DNA of 64,000 nucleotides from Nitrosopumilus sp. (GTDB lineage Archaea; Thermoproteota; Nitrososphaeria; Nitrososphaerales; Nitrosopumilaceae): NCBI GenBank assembly GCA_965214775.1, contig OZ243974.1, positions 1,408,001 to 1,472,000 of the forward strand, read 5' to 3'. Shown piece by piece: positions 63,142 to 64,000 of this stretch (position 1 is its first letter; each line of letters starts with the position of its first letter). The notes under the pieces were generated by a model. It saw only the letters and a program-made list of their open reading frames with translations, ran no database searches and was not told where the DNA came from. The position numbers and the translations under genes were made by a program.

Positions 63142-64000
63142 ATGTCAGAATCAGCCATCCTGTCTCCCAAATCCATCGCAGTAATCGGGGCTTCTGACAC
63201 GAGAGGAAGTGTGGGCGCAACAATCACGTCTAATATTATGAACGGCTTCAAGGGGGCAGTATACCCTATCAGTCCCACACGAGACAAGGTCTTTTACAAA
63301 AAGGCATACAAGAGCGTGCTGGCCGTTCCAAAACCAATTGATCTTGCAGTTATTGTGATCAAAAACACGTTGGTTGCACCGGTTTTAGATGAATGTGGAA
63401 AAAAGAAGATCAAGGGAGCCATCATCATTACTGCAGGTTTCAAGGAAGTCGATGAGGAAGGCGCAAAAAGAGAGCAGCAAGTAAAAGACATTGCCAAAAA
63501 ATATGGAATTCACGTTATCGGCCCTAACTGTCTGGGCGTGATGAATCTTGATCCAAAAACAATGATGAATTCAACATTTCTTAAAGTTACTCCAAAATCC
63601 GGAAAGATTGCCCTTGTCTCTCAAAGCGGGGCAATTTGCGCCGCTCTTGTAGAGGATGCCAGCGCACAGGGAATCGGCTTTTCTGCAGTTGTAAGCCTTG
63701 GGAACAAGGCTGCAATGAGCGAGGTTGACGTATTGAAAATCCTTGCAAAACACAGGCAAACCAGGGTTATTGTGATGTATCTTGAAGACATGGGCGATGG
63801 TCAGGAGTTTCTCAGAGTCTGTAAAAATATCACCAAAAAACTCAAAAAACCTGTCTTGGTTCTTAAATCCGGACGAAGTCCTGAAGGGGCAAAGGCTGCA
63901 ATGTCTCACACCGGTGCGCTAATGGGCTCTGACGAAATCTATGATGCGTTGCTAAGACAGTCTGGTGCAATCCGCGTTGATACGATGGAGGAACTGTTTG
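63142..64000 (+). CDS. ADP-forming acyl-CoA synthetase, probably 4-hydroxybutyrate-CoA ligase of the 3HP/4HB cycle (runs off window)
   Basis: MSESAILSPKSIAVIGASD, GPNCLG, SQSGA, LGNK, SHTGAL; resembles N. maritimus Nmar_0206 as recalled, not searched. Confidence 0.85.
   Translation, partial: MSESAILSPKSIAVIGASDTRGSVGATITSNIMNGFKGAVYPISPTRDKVFYKKAYKSVLAVPKPIDLAVIVIKNTLVAPVLDECGKKKIKGAIIITAGFKEVDEEGAKREQQVKDIAKKYGIHVIGPNCLGVMNLDPKTMMNSTFLKVTPKSGKIALVSQSGAICAALVEDASAQGIGFSAVVSLGNKAAMSEVDVLKILAKHRQTRVIVMYLEDMGDGQEFLRVCKNITKKLKKPVLVLKSGRSPEGAKAAMSHTGALMGSDEIYDALLRQSGAIRVDTMEELF

Overview
Chromosomal window from an ammonia-oxidising archaeon (Nitrosopumilaceae-like). Markers are the Nitrosopumilus-type S-layer protein, lysC, ilvE, P-II, dus, RNase HI, tRNA-Val and an ADP-forming 4-hydroxybutyrate-CoA ligase. 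The very heavy insertion-sequence load would fit a host-associated lineage (inference). Core genes lie at about 12-17 kb, 26-29 kb and 52-64 kb. The rest is accessory DNA: intact and decayed IS481, IS5/ISL2-like, IS630, IS66, ISH3 and IS110 elements, at least seven MITE families (one four-layer nested stack), toxin-antitoxin modules (HEPN, MNT-HEPN, GNAT), virus-like small ORFs and large secreted or surface proteins, several of them split by insertions. The most striking feature is a tandemly duplicated ~3.8 kb cassette (42.8-51.0 kb). Each unit encodes a secreted 8-cysteine miniprotein translationally coupled to a secreted trypsin-like (S1) protease with C-terminal repeats. The two copies are near-identical except for sharply bounded hypervariable blocks in the miniprotein core and around the protease catalytic His, and a different repeat number, suggesting a polymorphic protease/inhibitor (or peptide/maturase) system. 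Other notable points: an IS630 flanked by CG instead of TA, IS66-type elements inserted twice at the same base of another element's terminal repeat, and an IS110 relic with a structured left end (candidate bridge RNA). All calls come from reading the sequence by eye; no database searches were run.
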